Positions 14,020 to 25,995 of a stretch of 64,000 bases of DNA are shown piece after piece. Source of the stretch: Rhynchobatus australiae (Eukaryota); contig JAUZTB010000066.1 in the NCBI GenBank assembly GCA_034780895.1, positions 19,487,413-19,551,412 on the forward strand. The letters run 5' to 3'. Below the pieces are notes generated by a model that saw nothing but the letters and a program-made list of their open reading frames with translations, searched no databases and was not told the origin of the DNA. The translations under genes were made by a program, and so were the position numbers. The stretch's first letter is position 1. Each line of letters starts with the position of its first letter.

Positions 14020-14245
14020 AAGGCCATCTTGCCCATGGAGTTCATGCCAACTTGCAGCAGTTCAGTTCCATCATTCCCATTCCTCCTCCTCTTATTTCCC
14101 CTGTAGCCATGCAACTTCTCTTCCACATGTACACCAATTTTTCCTTTTGATTCTTTTGCCATTCACCTATACCAAGGGGCAATTTACACTCACCAGCTAA
14201 CCTGCCAGCACGTCTTTTGATGTCGAAGCGAACCAAAGCACCTAG
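14020..14245 (-). mobile_element. V-SINE-like fragment with CR1-type tail
   Basis: gaaggccatcttgcccatggag tail and ggggcaatttaca...taacctgccagcacgtctttt...aaccaaagcacc V-domain edge. Confidence 0.6.
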
Positions 14246-17200
14246 AAGGTTTATCAGAGTTGGTCATACTTTTAATATGACTAGAATATACTTGTGAAAT
14301 ATGCCATTTATTATTGAAGAATTCCAAAAAAAATTGGGGCCAAGCTAGTTTCGTAGCTATTGAGGCTGCTGATCAATACCAGCATAATTACCAAATGAAC
14401 TGAATACCAATCTTTTGATGGTAAAACTATAGTTTAAACAGAATAGTGAGCTGGTACCTGGTCTGCATGTTGTAGGCAGTTCACTATGCAGATCATTTGT
14501 AGATGATTAAGGCTAGAGTTCAATAGTACACAATGACTACAGTAAGAATTATTTTTGTTTTCAAAGATTTAAAGGTTGTGCTAAAGTACTCCAAAGAACT
14601 AAGAAACTCCAATCCATCGGATTATAAAGCAAAGGGGAAATTTTAGAACATCATAATTTATTACCTCATACATATTTGTCCAAGTGAAATTGGAAAAGAG
14701 GAAAATGAAAGTGAAGAACTGCTTTTGCTTTTTTTTTTGTAAACTGCTTTGTTTTCTGTGATTATATTGGGATTTCCCTGAGGAGGAGGAGGAAACAAAT
14801 CTCCTGTGTTGTCAGAGAAGAAGAAATAATAGAAAACAATCTGATATCTGAATGAAAACTTGGTTGTTATCAATATGAATGTAAAGAAATTAAATCCCAG
14901 GATTGATGTGGGCCATCAATGCTTTATGATTTATTTTGCTCTGAAGATTAGTAGCCCTTCCCCTTGCACCCACTGAGCAAAAATGATCATCTCCACTTCA
15001 CTAGGTAAAGCAGTATTTGTGACAACTTGCATTAACTATGGAAGGTTTTGACAATCCATTCATAGTTAGTGGAGTTCATTGAAATCCACCCATTTGAAGA
15101 TGAAAGACATTAGTTGGGTGCAGCGTGAATCAGATAATTTAATAACATCAAAATATCCTTCCTTGAATTCCTACCACCTCTAGATATACTTAACCTGAAT
15201 AAATACTAAGTTTTTCCATTCATGAAACCAGAGGGAAAGCCTGCATTCTTGTACTGCTCCAGGTTCAAATTCTTCAATATTTATGACATTATGGATGAAT
15301 CAGTTAACAATGTAGCATTCATAGGAATATAGGCTATAGGTAGGCAGAGAATGAAAATTTTTGGTATACTTTTGACCTAGATCAAAATTTAATCTTGAAC
15401 CTAGCATTCACCAGGATTGATTACACCACTTCAGCAACACAGTGTCTTTTATCAGTGAAACACATATACCTAACTGCTCTGGAGATTTGAGCCTTTTCAT
15501 CTCCCATCCTACACAAATTACATCTTGTACAAGGGTTCTCCAATGCATTTTTCTTCCACTTTCTGACCACATTAGTCTTTGCTGACTTATTAGCTCATTG
15601 TTGTCAATATTTGTGCACTTCTTAAAAAAAATGGTAGTACTGACATGATCAGCTTAAAATTTTAATCTTGATAATATACTTTTTGAAGAAAAACAAAGCT
15701 CATTAGTAATGTGATATTAAGCATTAATAAACTCCCAACAAAAAAGATCTAATCATCAAATATTGAGTGGAAAATTGTGCAAAATTTAATAAAAAATTAT
15801 TTATCAAAGTAGTTTACTTTGTAGCCAGGATGCTGTTGATGCTGTTTCAAGTATTCTTTTAATTTACATAAAATTGTTTTGGAAAACTGGTAAACTTTAT
15901 TACCATATTGAAAGGGGTATCCCAGTACATTTGTCAGCAGAACAGAAGTTGAAAGCCTGCTTATTTTGATGTTCAAAAATAGTAATTTTATAGTTGCAAA
16001 GTTCACAATGCAAGTTTAGGCAGGTATTTTTCAAATTCATTGTATATGGTAAGCATATATCTGCTAAAATTCCAAAAGGTTAAAGTAATGAGTGCTAGTT
16101 AATTGATGCATGTACAATGTCGACTTGTTCTTTTGTTTCTAAACTTCACTTTGAAACATAAGGATGAATTATGAATATTTCAAGATGTCATAGGCAGGAA
16201 CTTGCTGGGAAATAGTAGCAGTTCTTTGTCTAAACACTAACAATATACTCTCAAGTCTGAGGATGTGCAGGATTGCCAAAATTGCTGATTGAGTTTTGCC
16301 AACACTTTCCTGGATGTGCACTGACAATTTTTAACACCCTTAAAAACTGGGGACTAAATGATTTTGTTAATAAAACTATGCACAATAAATACATTAATGA
16401 TTTGTTCATTCTTGTAATCAAAGCTATATGTATCATTTCCATGAGATTTGAGATTTTGAACTACAGCTGTAAATTAATTGCAGTTAATGGGTACATCTGA
16501 TGTAAAGGGAAATTAATATTTATTTAACATATTTATTGCACCTATAGGTAAAAGAATTGCATTTTACATAATCATTCTACTTATTTCACCCTGCATGCTG
16601 CAGGGAGCCATGTGCTATTTGTCTTCAAGAGGCGGCTCCTTCTGGGTTTTAAAAGAACTCTTGTTATTAAAATGGGCCCTGTAAAGAAATGAGAACACAA
16701 CCAACACCATGATTTTTCAGTGGCTCAGTCCTATTTTTTGGTTGTGATAAAGGCAATGCTTATTGTACATGTTATCATCCTGAAATTAACAACAATTTTT
16801 CAGTTACATGTGGGTAATTTAACATAACATCGTAAAGCTGCTGGCAGTCCTTAAATTTGCCTAAAATATAACTGTCTCTATTGGAATCAGACATTAATTG
16901 AATTGTTCTGAGCTTAGGCTATTCGTGAATTGTTCTCACTTCAAATTACCCTGTGATTAGAGATCTAAAACATTCTCTGAGATTTAAATAATTTTTATGT
17001 ATGTGGATTGTAGTTTTCCTAAATATTTCAAAATGTAATGAGTTCTTCATCAAACTACTGATATCAACCCCCCATATGTAAAAAAATTCCCAAACTTGCT
17101 GATTTGAGCTTTGTCAACAATTTTCTGCCTACACTTCAACGTTGGACTTCTTGTGGACTCCGTTAATGGAGCACAAGTGTGCTGAAGCTGTGTCAGGTTG

Positions 17201-17412
17201 GATCTCAACAAGTCCCACAACAAATCTACTTTTCTCATTAGGGGAAAAGAATCCATGCATTTGGCCTCTTAGAATGAGTTCATTAATTGCTTTCAACAGA
17301 TTAGGAAAATAAAGCTATTAATTTCCAAGTTATTTTGCTTTCAAGTTTTATTTCCATACTTTTTAAATTATAAAAAACTTAAAAACATTAAATAATTTTT
17401 TAAAACAAAATC

Positions 17413-17636
17413 TTTATTTACACCACGGTAACAGGCCTTTCCAGCCCAACAAGTCTGCACCACCTGTGTTAACCTACCCATATGTCTTCGGAATGTGGGA
17501 GGAAACTGGAAAACCTGGAGGAAACCTATGCAGACATGAGGAGAATGTACAAACTCCTTACAGACAGTAGGAATTGAACCCCCCATCGCTGGCATTGTAA
17601 TAGTGTCATGCTAACCACTATGCTACTGTGCCACCC
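17413..17636 (-). mobile_element. tRNA-derived V-domain SINE, same family as 6163-6406
   Basis: Colinear with 6175-6406 (ggtaacaggcc...gaatgtgg...tgtacaaactccttaca...gctaac.cta.gctac). Confidence 0.87.
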
Positions 17637-18206
17637 TGTTACTGTTGATTATTGTTAATGTTGCTCTTCTAAAAGAGTCTTTGTGATGATGAACACTTTT
17701 TTTTGGATTACCTAAATGCTTTCCAAATAATGACTGCTTTAGTAGGACTGTACTATTGGTTATCACATGTCAGAATTCACCTCGTATCTTTTTTTAGATA
17801 TTTCAGTTTTACTTTTTTCTCACCATGCTGCTAAAAGTGGTTTTTGAAGTATGGAGATTATAAACTATGTCAAATACTTTAACATTTTAAAACATTTTTA
17901 AAACATGCTTCAAACAATTGGTATTTACCTAATGTTGAAACATGTATATTTCATAATAATCTCATCTGAAAGTGAAATACAGATGAAAATATTTCTCACC
18001 TTGATTCACAGTTGTGCTATTGAACTGATGCTATCTGTGTTCACAAGCTCAATCCATACCCATTAAAACCTGTGATAGCTCTGGTTACTTGTGTTGATTT
18101 TAATTCTGTTTAAGTTCTGAATTTCAGTTCTATGTATGAATATATTGGTCATGGTGTGCCGATCTTGTGCAAACAATTTCAATTTGACATTTTGGTTTTA
18201 TTTTAG

Positions 18207-18366
18207 GGAGAAAAGGTAAATTATGAGAAGTTCAAGAATTGGCTCCTTCAGAATAAGGATGCATTCACATTTGCTCGATGGCTGCTGTCAGGGGGAGTAT
18301 GTATCACTCTGACTGATGATAGTGATACACCTACCTTTTATCAAACTCTTGCTGGAGTCACTCATT
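18207..18366 (+). CDS. USP32: USP32 exon 5 (160 nt, phase 0 to 1)
   Basis: ttttag|GGA...CAT T|gtaagt; GEKVNYEKFKNWLLQNKDAFTFARWLLSGGVCITLTDDSDTPTFYQTLAGVTH. Confidence 0.97.
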
Positions 18367-19912
18367 GTAAGTATTTTTTTCTAAAATGGAGTTGGAATCA
18401 ATGATCATGAAATTTGCTGACATCCTAGCATTTAAGATTTTGCAGTGTTGAACCGTATTAAATTCAGCATGCAGACCTTTGTTTTGTGAAGAGTCCATTT
18501 ATCTGCGCTTGCCATTGCTATATTTTAAGTTGCTTTCTATTTTCTGCTTTTTACCTCAGCAAGCAGAGTGACTGAAAAAGACGTCATTATCTGCTGACGA
18601 CACAAGAGTAGGTGTGTCTAAACTTGAGTTAACTTAAGGGAAAAAAAGTGTACAATTTGCCCTGCAATTACATCAGAAATTGATGCACTGCCCACTACTT
18701 CTCCTGAATACTTTCACTTCCCATTTGTAATACCATTGAAGCAGGAATCTTGGACTNNNNNNNNNNTGTTCCAGTGTTTGAGTGTAAAGGCAAGCATCTA
18801 ACAACTTATTTTTTGGAAGTTTTAGTTCTCAACCAATATTTTTGTACAATTGGGTAATTAATGAATATAACTCTGTTAGCTCAAAGATAGAGGAAAAGAC
18901 TTATTTTTACAAAATGACTCTTATCTGTTTAGAATAATGGAAACCCTTGTGGATCACCTAATATCATATAGGATTCTAGTTTAATCTTGAGACAAAAATC
19001 TTTCTAATTTGAAATCTTACTTGAGAGATGACAAATTTTGGGGATACAATAATGATTCTGAATGCATTTTAATCTTTTTAAAATCAAATTGAAATGTTTC
19101 AAAAATATACTAAAACCTTGAGGTATAAAATGTTGAAATGCATGGCATGCATGAAATTTCAAATATGCATCTACAAATTCTATTTTAAAAATTTCCAACT
19201 GAGTTGAAAGAGATTAAAATGGTTAAACTATAGGGAAGTTAACTCATCTGATATTCAAAAGGCTGTTTCAAATTAGTCGGCACAACAACGTGGGCCGAAT
19301 GGCTTGTTCCTGTGCTGTACTGTTCCAAGTCTTTGAAGCTTACATGTGACGTTTATTATGAAACACTTGTGGTTTGTTGGTACATTATACAGTGAACAAC
19401 CTCCAAGTTCAAGATTCAGGAGAATGTCACAAATATGAGATTACAAGTGTATTGAACAGTGAGGGAAGCAGCAATTGATTTAATATTTGGAAGTGCATTC
19501 AACAAGGAGGAAGATGGAAATTGACCTCCAGGCCACAGGCAAACTGGTAATATGTAGCAAATGAAATTCAGCACAGAAACAACATGAGGAAATCTATTTT
19601 TGTAGGAAGAATGAGGACAGGCTATACATGCAACATAATGCAAACTTAAAAAGAGTGGAAGAACAAAGAAGCCCCAAGGTGTATGTTTTGAGATTTTTGA
19701 AGTTAGTGAAGCAGATTCACAAAGGTTAGGATTTTAAATGCATTGCCTTATAGGTGAGAATAGATTCAATAGAAACTACCAGGAATTGGAAATATTTGAA
19801 GAATGACATTTATCAAGAAACACTGGAACTTGGTGCATATTTAGAAAGAGTCAGACAGATTACTGGGTATGTATCATTGGACAGATTATCCTGTATGTAC
19901 TGTTCATGGAAC

Positions 19913-21218
19913 TTCTCTTGAAGTATTATGTCTGTGTTTATTGGTTGTATATCATCAACAAATGATTAATTAAGCACACCACATCAAGTGACATAACTAC
20001 AACTACAGGTATGCTAAACACCAGCTTATCCTTTGAAGATAATCCCATCATCTCTTGGTGTTGTGGGCCAATATAAGAGAAGAGTTTTTTTAAATGAAAG
20101 GCAGACTTTTTAATATAAATATTTTCTGTGAGGAAATCCTGAACTTTGCACTGCAACATTCTGCATGCATCATTAAAAAGCAGAAGAATAAATGCAAATC
20201 CCTGTGAAAGTTGGAAATCTGAAATAAGAATAGCAAAATTTTATAAATTTAAAGTATGATGATTTATCAAGACAGTATCCATTTATTCCTGATCTTTTAT
20301 AATTTTTTTTAAAAGTCCTTCAATGTATTTGCATTTTTATGTTGTTGCCCTCATTTTGTTTTTGAAGAATTGTACAGAGCAACAACCACAATTTTCAGGT
20401 ATACCTTTTTCAGTGACAAAACATTCTCTGTTCCAACAATATTTGGTGTTTTAAAAAGTAATGTCCTCTTATTTGTCATGGAGCAATTAGATTTTATAAC
20501 AAAGGAATTATTTTCCATATTCACTATTAAAGCAGTCCACTGTTGGAATGAAAATAATTCTAGTATCCCACTTTGAGATACAATGGCTTTCTAACTCTGT
20601 CCTGATGAATCTAATTTGTACGCTTCCTTTTCCTTTTAATTTGGCTAATAAATCTACACATTGTATTCTAATGGTGGCCTAACTAATGATTTTACGAACT
20701 TCTTACTGCTCTTGCATTCAGTGCTCTTATTTATGAAACTTGAAATACTACTTTTTTAAAACCTGTTTCTGTACTAACATTTCATTAATTTTTATCCATT
20801 CTTTGTCCATGCAGTTGAACTATCTGAATTGCATTCTGTTGGCTATGAATTGATATTGTATCTCTTGGCTTACACTTGTGGGATTGGAATTCCATTGAAT
20901 AATTTGCCTTTCCAAGTTTCTGCATGGCTTGTTCATTGTCACTGTTCAGCTGCAAGCACATACCAAGATGGAGCGTGGACACTAAATGATAGGATGGACA
21001 TAATACATAGTACATATGCTTCCAAAACTAACAGTACAATTGCACTTCACTTTGCCCCAATCGTGTTTTGTATTTAATCCTCCAGAGAAGTGGGTTTATT
21101 TTCAAAGGATAGCTGGTGTTTACCCTACCATAACTGTAGTTGCGTCACTTGATGTGGTGTGCTTAATCAATCTTTTTTTAATGACGCAACCAATAAATGC
21201 AAACAGAACACCAAGAGC
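19913..21218. repeat. Inverted repeat pair (arms ~19913-20058 and ~21081-21218, spacer ~1 kb)
   Basis: Arms are reverse complements, sharing a perfect 24-mer attaagcacaccacatcaagtgac and the block taaacaccagct(t)atcctttgaa. Confidence 0.85.
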
Positions 21219-21939
21219 TAAAGAGTAGAGTTAGTTACTCTGCAGAGAAATCTACTCTACCCAGCAACTGGCATCCTGTTGCCGTAACACCGTTTCAGTT
21301 GTAACCCATAACTGAGTCAACAACCTTAAATTCATAAATCTAGGACATTTAACTGGAGACAAGACTTCAACAATAATCTTAAAAGGTGCATCAAAATGTC
21401 TACATCTGACTTTTCAATGTAAAGCAAGCCCTTCTCAGTCATCCAGGCTCTTAGGACCTCCTGTTTTGAACAGGTTTTGGTTCAGCACTCCTCTCTTTGG
21501 GCATTTCACGAGGATATCTGTGAATTTGGTAGCTTTGATCAGAAATCTTTATCACTCTGCATGTTGGATCAGTGTGTAGCTAACGTGTGTCCTCATCCCA
21601 TTCCTGGTGGAATGGATGTATGAGTAATATTTTTCATAACCTTGTAACTAGGCAATCATAAGCAAGTTATCTAGCCATTTGATCTATGTACTGCAGCTTG
21701 GCACAGCCAGCGTGGAATTTGACTATCTGTGACTGAAGACAAACAAGCTACTAGTAATATGACACCATGGAGCTTCCCCAAGCAACTGGGGAGACTGACA
21801 AACTTTATAGCATGACAATTCTCAGACCTGAGATTTTTGACTTGATAAGATTTGTTATTTATTCTAAGGATCTGGGAGTTTGCCACAAAGTTGACATTCA
21901 CTGCTTGTCCCTAATTGTTCCTTTATAGTGGAATTGAAT

Positions 21940-22048
21940 GATGTCACGAACTGGGCTCAGAATATCATGAGGGGAGAGGGTGATCAGCCAGAAGTCGTGG
22001 TACATGTGGGTACCAACGACATAGATAGAAAAATAGAAGAGGTCCTTA
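21940..22048 (+). mobile_element. CR1 ORF1 fragment (SGNH esterase domain)
   Basis: NIMRGEGDQPEVVVHVGTNDIDRKIEEVL at 21961-22047 (GxND block). Confidence 0.8.
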
Positions 22049-22059
22049 NNNNNNNNNNN

Positions 22060-22505
22060 CTCACTTGTGGTTGATGAAGATGTGGGGAAAAAACTGTCAG
22101 TGCCCCAGGTATCCCCTCCCTTGCTTTCCTTAGCAATTTGGGATAGATCTCATAACGTCCTGGAGATTTATCAACCCTTCTGTGTCCCATGACATCTAAC
22201 ACCTTTTTTTAATATTGACTTGCTCCAGATTATCCACGCATCCTCCTTTTGTACTCATTATTTTCCATGTCCCCTTGTGGATACAGGTGGGAAATATTCA
22301 TTTTTGACATCACCTGGCTTCACATAAAAGTTGCCCCTTTTCCCTGACTATCCTCTTGCTCCTGATATAGAATGTCTTGGGATTCCCTTTAATCTTACTT
22401 GCCAAAGATATTTGATAGCCCCTTTTTGCTCTCCTTTTTCTTAAATTCTTTCCTCCATCCTCAATTCCTCAAGAGACTCCCTAAATCCTAGTTGCCTGTA
22501 CATGC
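22060..22505 (-). mobile_element. CR1 ORF2 fragment
   Basis: VDKSPGRYEIYPKLLRKAREGIPGAL (cf. KSPGPDGIYPRLLRE). Confidence 0.8.
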
Positions 22506-25500
22506 CACACTTTAGCAGATAATACTAATATATTCTACAGACTTACAAATGGGTACACTGCCCTGTGAAGTTAAAATTATCTGTAAAAGTGAGCCATTTC
22601 AGGGAGCCTTTTCTATGGGTGAGCAGGCACCAGTAATTGTGCGTTTCGAGATAATTTGTAAAAATGCTCAGTTGAAGATGTGAAACAGCAACATTTTCAA
22701 ATAGCCAGAGTAACTTGTCAAAATGTACATGAAAATACTCAGTGCCAGAAACCTGGGAAAAAAAAGGAAATGTTAAAATTACACTGGAGAACCCTTCCAC
22801 AGTATGGTCGGTCATCCTTCGTGTCTCTTCGTCCCCACATCACTTCTCTAATCTCTGCACTTGAGATTTATTGTTCCTGACATGTTTGACTTTTGATCAA
22901 AGGGTAATTAACTTTAAACATTATTTTCATAGTTATTACTTCTTCTACCAAGTATTTACAGAATTTTCTGTTATGTAAGATTGATTGCTGGCCTTTTTGT
23001 TCCTTAAAGTTGATGGAGGGGATTTTGATATTGTATGCCAATTAGAGAAATTGCTGGTGCAATGTAATCATCAGCTTGTCTTATTATCCTCTTAATTCTT
23101 AGCTGTACTCTGAGCAGGTGGATTTACTCCACATAACCTCTGAGTCTCATGATGGAATACTTCATTGCTGTAGAAATGATGATGGTTTAATGTATATAAT
23201 TTGAATACACTATTTATTGTCCTCTGCATTGGCTGACCTGTTGAGCTTGCTTTTGAAATCCTCTATCGTTTGAGTATGGGCATAAATCTTGACCGAGGGT
23301 TGTCAGTGTGGGTTGGATTATGGTCTGCCTGCTCTGCTGCCTGCCTGAAAGAATAGCACCTGCAGGTGGGTGAATAATTACTGGGACAGGGCAAGTAGTA
23401 GTACTTCTGAAATGTTCCTATGAAACTCACTTTGTTGTAATATAAGCTGATACTTGGTTCTTTTAAAATTTCACATACATTAATATATATTTTAACTCAA
23501 TGTTGTATGGAAAGGCAACCGTTTTTAAACAAGGTATATGAATTGTAATGCTGAACAATTTTAACTGGTAATTTTATTTTTTACTTTAGAAACTTGTATT
23601 TTCATCAGTCTTAGACTGGCTCTTGCTATTAATATCTCTCATTTCTTTGAATGTGGAGTTGAAGCAGATACAAATCTATGCATAGATGACGTTAATGCTT
23701 GCAGCAACGTACACACATTTCTGAATTGCACATAATGATTTCTCAGTCCATTATGTAGTTCTGAATAACTCGTGAAAGAAGGAAGGGATGGAAGCACAGT
23801 TGAAAATACGGGCAAATGGGATTAATGTAGATAGGCATTCCTGTCGGCATGGATGAGGTAAGCCATAAGGGCCCATTTCTGACTTGTGCATTTTGATGGC
23901 TCTCTGAAAAATTTGAGAGTTCATCAAAAATTTAGAGGGAAGTTCCAATTTTTGAGATGCTGAAGAATTTCCTGTAGATGGATTCTTGGGAGGAGTTGTT
24001 GCTGCTTTTAAATAGTAAATGAAGATGCCATCTGAGCAATGGAAAGGTCATCTATGCTTCCATAGTAGGCACAGTAGGAAATCAGCAGAGGACTTGAAAG
24101 CGAGAGTCTGTGGAACTTAGCAAGGCCAAAAAAATAAAAGCATATCTCCTTGCAAAAAAGGCATGTAATCATTGGTGAAGTAATAAATCTGAGTGGCAGT
24201 TTAATTGCTAACATTAACCACAAGAAGGAAACTTTAGATCCGAGCACTAGATATTCCATGATGACTGAGTGGGCTTGGTAGGAGAAATGGTGGAGGTAAT
24301 GTAATGTCAATATTGTGAATGTTAGGGATGGAGCCATGAGAGATTAGAACATGTATGGCTCTACCAAAGAAAACTAAGCACAAAGGAAATTAGATTAAAA
24401 TAACTTAATTTCTAAATTTGTTCTTTTGTTTCAAATATAGAAATGTGGGTAGGACTCTTGGATCTAAAAACAGGCCAACCTCGTTCTTGTGTGGTCCTGA
24501 CAGCCTTCTTAGAAAAGATGCTATATTAATAAAAGATGGTACTGATGATGTCACCACACCCACATCGAGAACATCAACTTATTTCCCTTCCTTAAGTTAT
24601 TGTCAGGCCATGGCTGTTCACATTTTATTGTAGTGGATATAATTGAAATTTATATTATTTTTAATTCTAGTCTAATTGGATTTAATTTTGTGGTTTTTTT
24701 TGACGAATAGACAATAGAATGCAAAGCTAAGCAATGAATTCTTCACAACTGCTCTCTGACTCCAAATTTTGCAATCAGTTGAATAGAACATTTGTATTGC
24801 CCTCTGAAATTAAGTGTTAAGTAGTTTGGTTCCCTATGCCACAAAATTTGATGCTGTGTATTTGATATTCCACATTTAACCTTGCTTTTAGCAAAACTCT
24901 TATTCAGGTTGGTTTTGGTTTGTTTTAGTCTGTGTTTAAGAAATATGTCTTGCACACACATTTTAACTTGATTTTGTGCACTGATATGGATCAATACTTA
25001 TGCTTGCTTTTTGTGTATTTTCTCTTAATTAATGTTTGTTTGCAAAGTTTTAACACCTTTTAATGTTTCTTTGAGTTTCTCACAGCAAGTCCTTTGGTAC
25101 CAGCTATTGGCTATCTTCTCACTGCACACAATGGTTTGGTTCAAATTTTCTTGATAGGATATGCTGCTTTGAGTTTTCTCTGGAAGAGGTAGGGGAATTT
25201 AGCCAGGGAATGACCATGTAGGAACAGTTCTGTGGTGAGAACATGAGTAAAGATGCTAATTGTTATGTGATTGTCAAAGTCCACATGAGGTTGGTAAAAA
25301 AAGACTATGTTTAAGTTTGTATATTTGATAACTATATAGTTTGAAAATGATTGTGGTATGGAATCAGTCTTATTTATTTTCAATCGTATTTGGGGGGAAA
25401 TGCACTTGACTACATTTGTTGTTTTATTCATATGCAACTATATATTTATCTATTATTAAAACAAAATGAGTCAGGTGGAGCTGCATCTTAAGTAACTTCA

Positions 25501-25583
25501 CTTTTAGAAACTTCACTTTTGCAGGAAGCAACAGTTAGAAAATGAGGAAAAAGTGATTATAATTGATGATCAATTCTTGAGCT

Positions 25584-25673
25584 GATAGAGCAGTAATGCT
25601 GGGAGATTCAATAGTGTGGGGGGGGGATAGGATAGAGCAGTAGTGCTGGGAGATTCAATAGTTGGGGGGATAG
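25584..25673 (+). repeat. Tandem duplication (47 nt and 43 nt units)
   Basis: gatagagcagtartgctgggagattcaatagt-(G run)-atag occurs twice, at 25584 and 25631. Confidence 0.9.
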
Positions 25674-25995
25674 GCAGGGGTTTCTTGTGATGCAGATATA
25701 ACTTCAGGACAGTGGTGTCTCTTCCCCACCCCCCCGCCCTTCCCACCAGCTGCCAAGTTCAAGGATGTTCCTGAAGGGTGAAGATGAAGAACCATCAGTT
25801 GTGGTCTACATGCCAGAATTCTCCATGCTGGAGTACTGTCTGATTGCAATCAAAATGGAATTGATACATTTCTGGATACTTAAGGAATCAGGGGATATGG
25901 CATAGTGCAGAATGTGTGTTGGGAAAGAAGAACTGCAATGATCATGTTGAATGGCAAAGCAGGTTTGAGGGGCCAAATGGCCTACATCAGCTTCA
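25584..25995 (+). mobile_element. Internally deleted CR1: ORF1 esterase fragment joined to 3' UTR
   Basis: RAVVLGDSIVGG (GDS block) and EGEDEEPSVVV, then ttgatacatttctggatact...ggccaaatggcctac tail. Confidence 0.7.

Noticed and set aside
16046-16054. ATG|gtaagc, a single-codon first exon in phase with exon 5
   Set aside because: Weak start context (T at -3), plain AT-rich surroundings, no other support
16600-16730. Two adjacent hairpins (ggagcc/ggctcc; tgggccctg/cagtggctca) resembling an H/ACA RNA
   Set aside because: No ACA box after the second hairpin and no correctly placed H box
20368-20398. Possible microexon inside the inverted-repeat loop
   Set aside because: Ambiguous acceptor, mediocre donor (gtatac), no independent support
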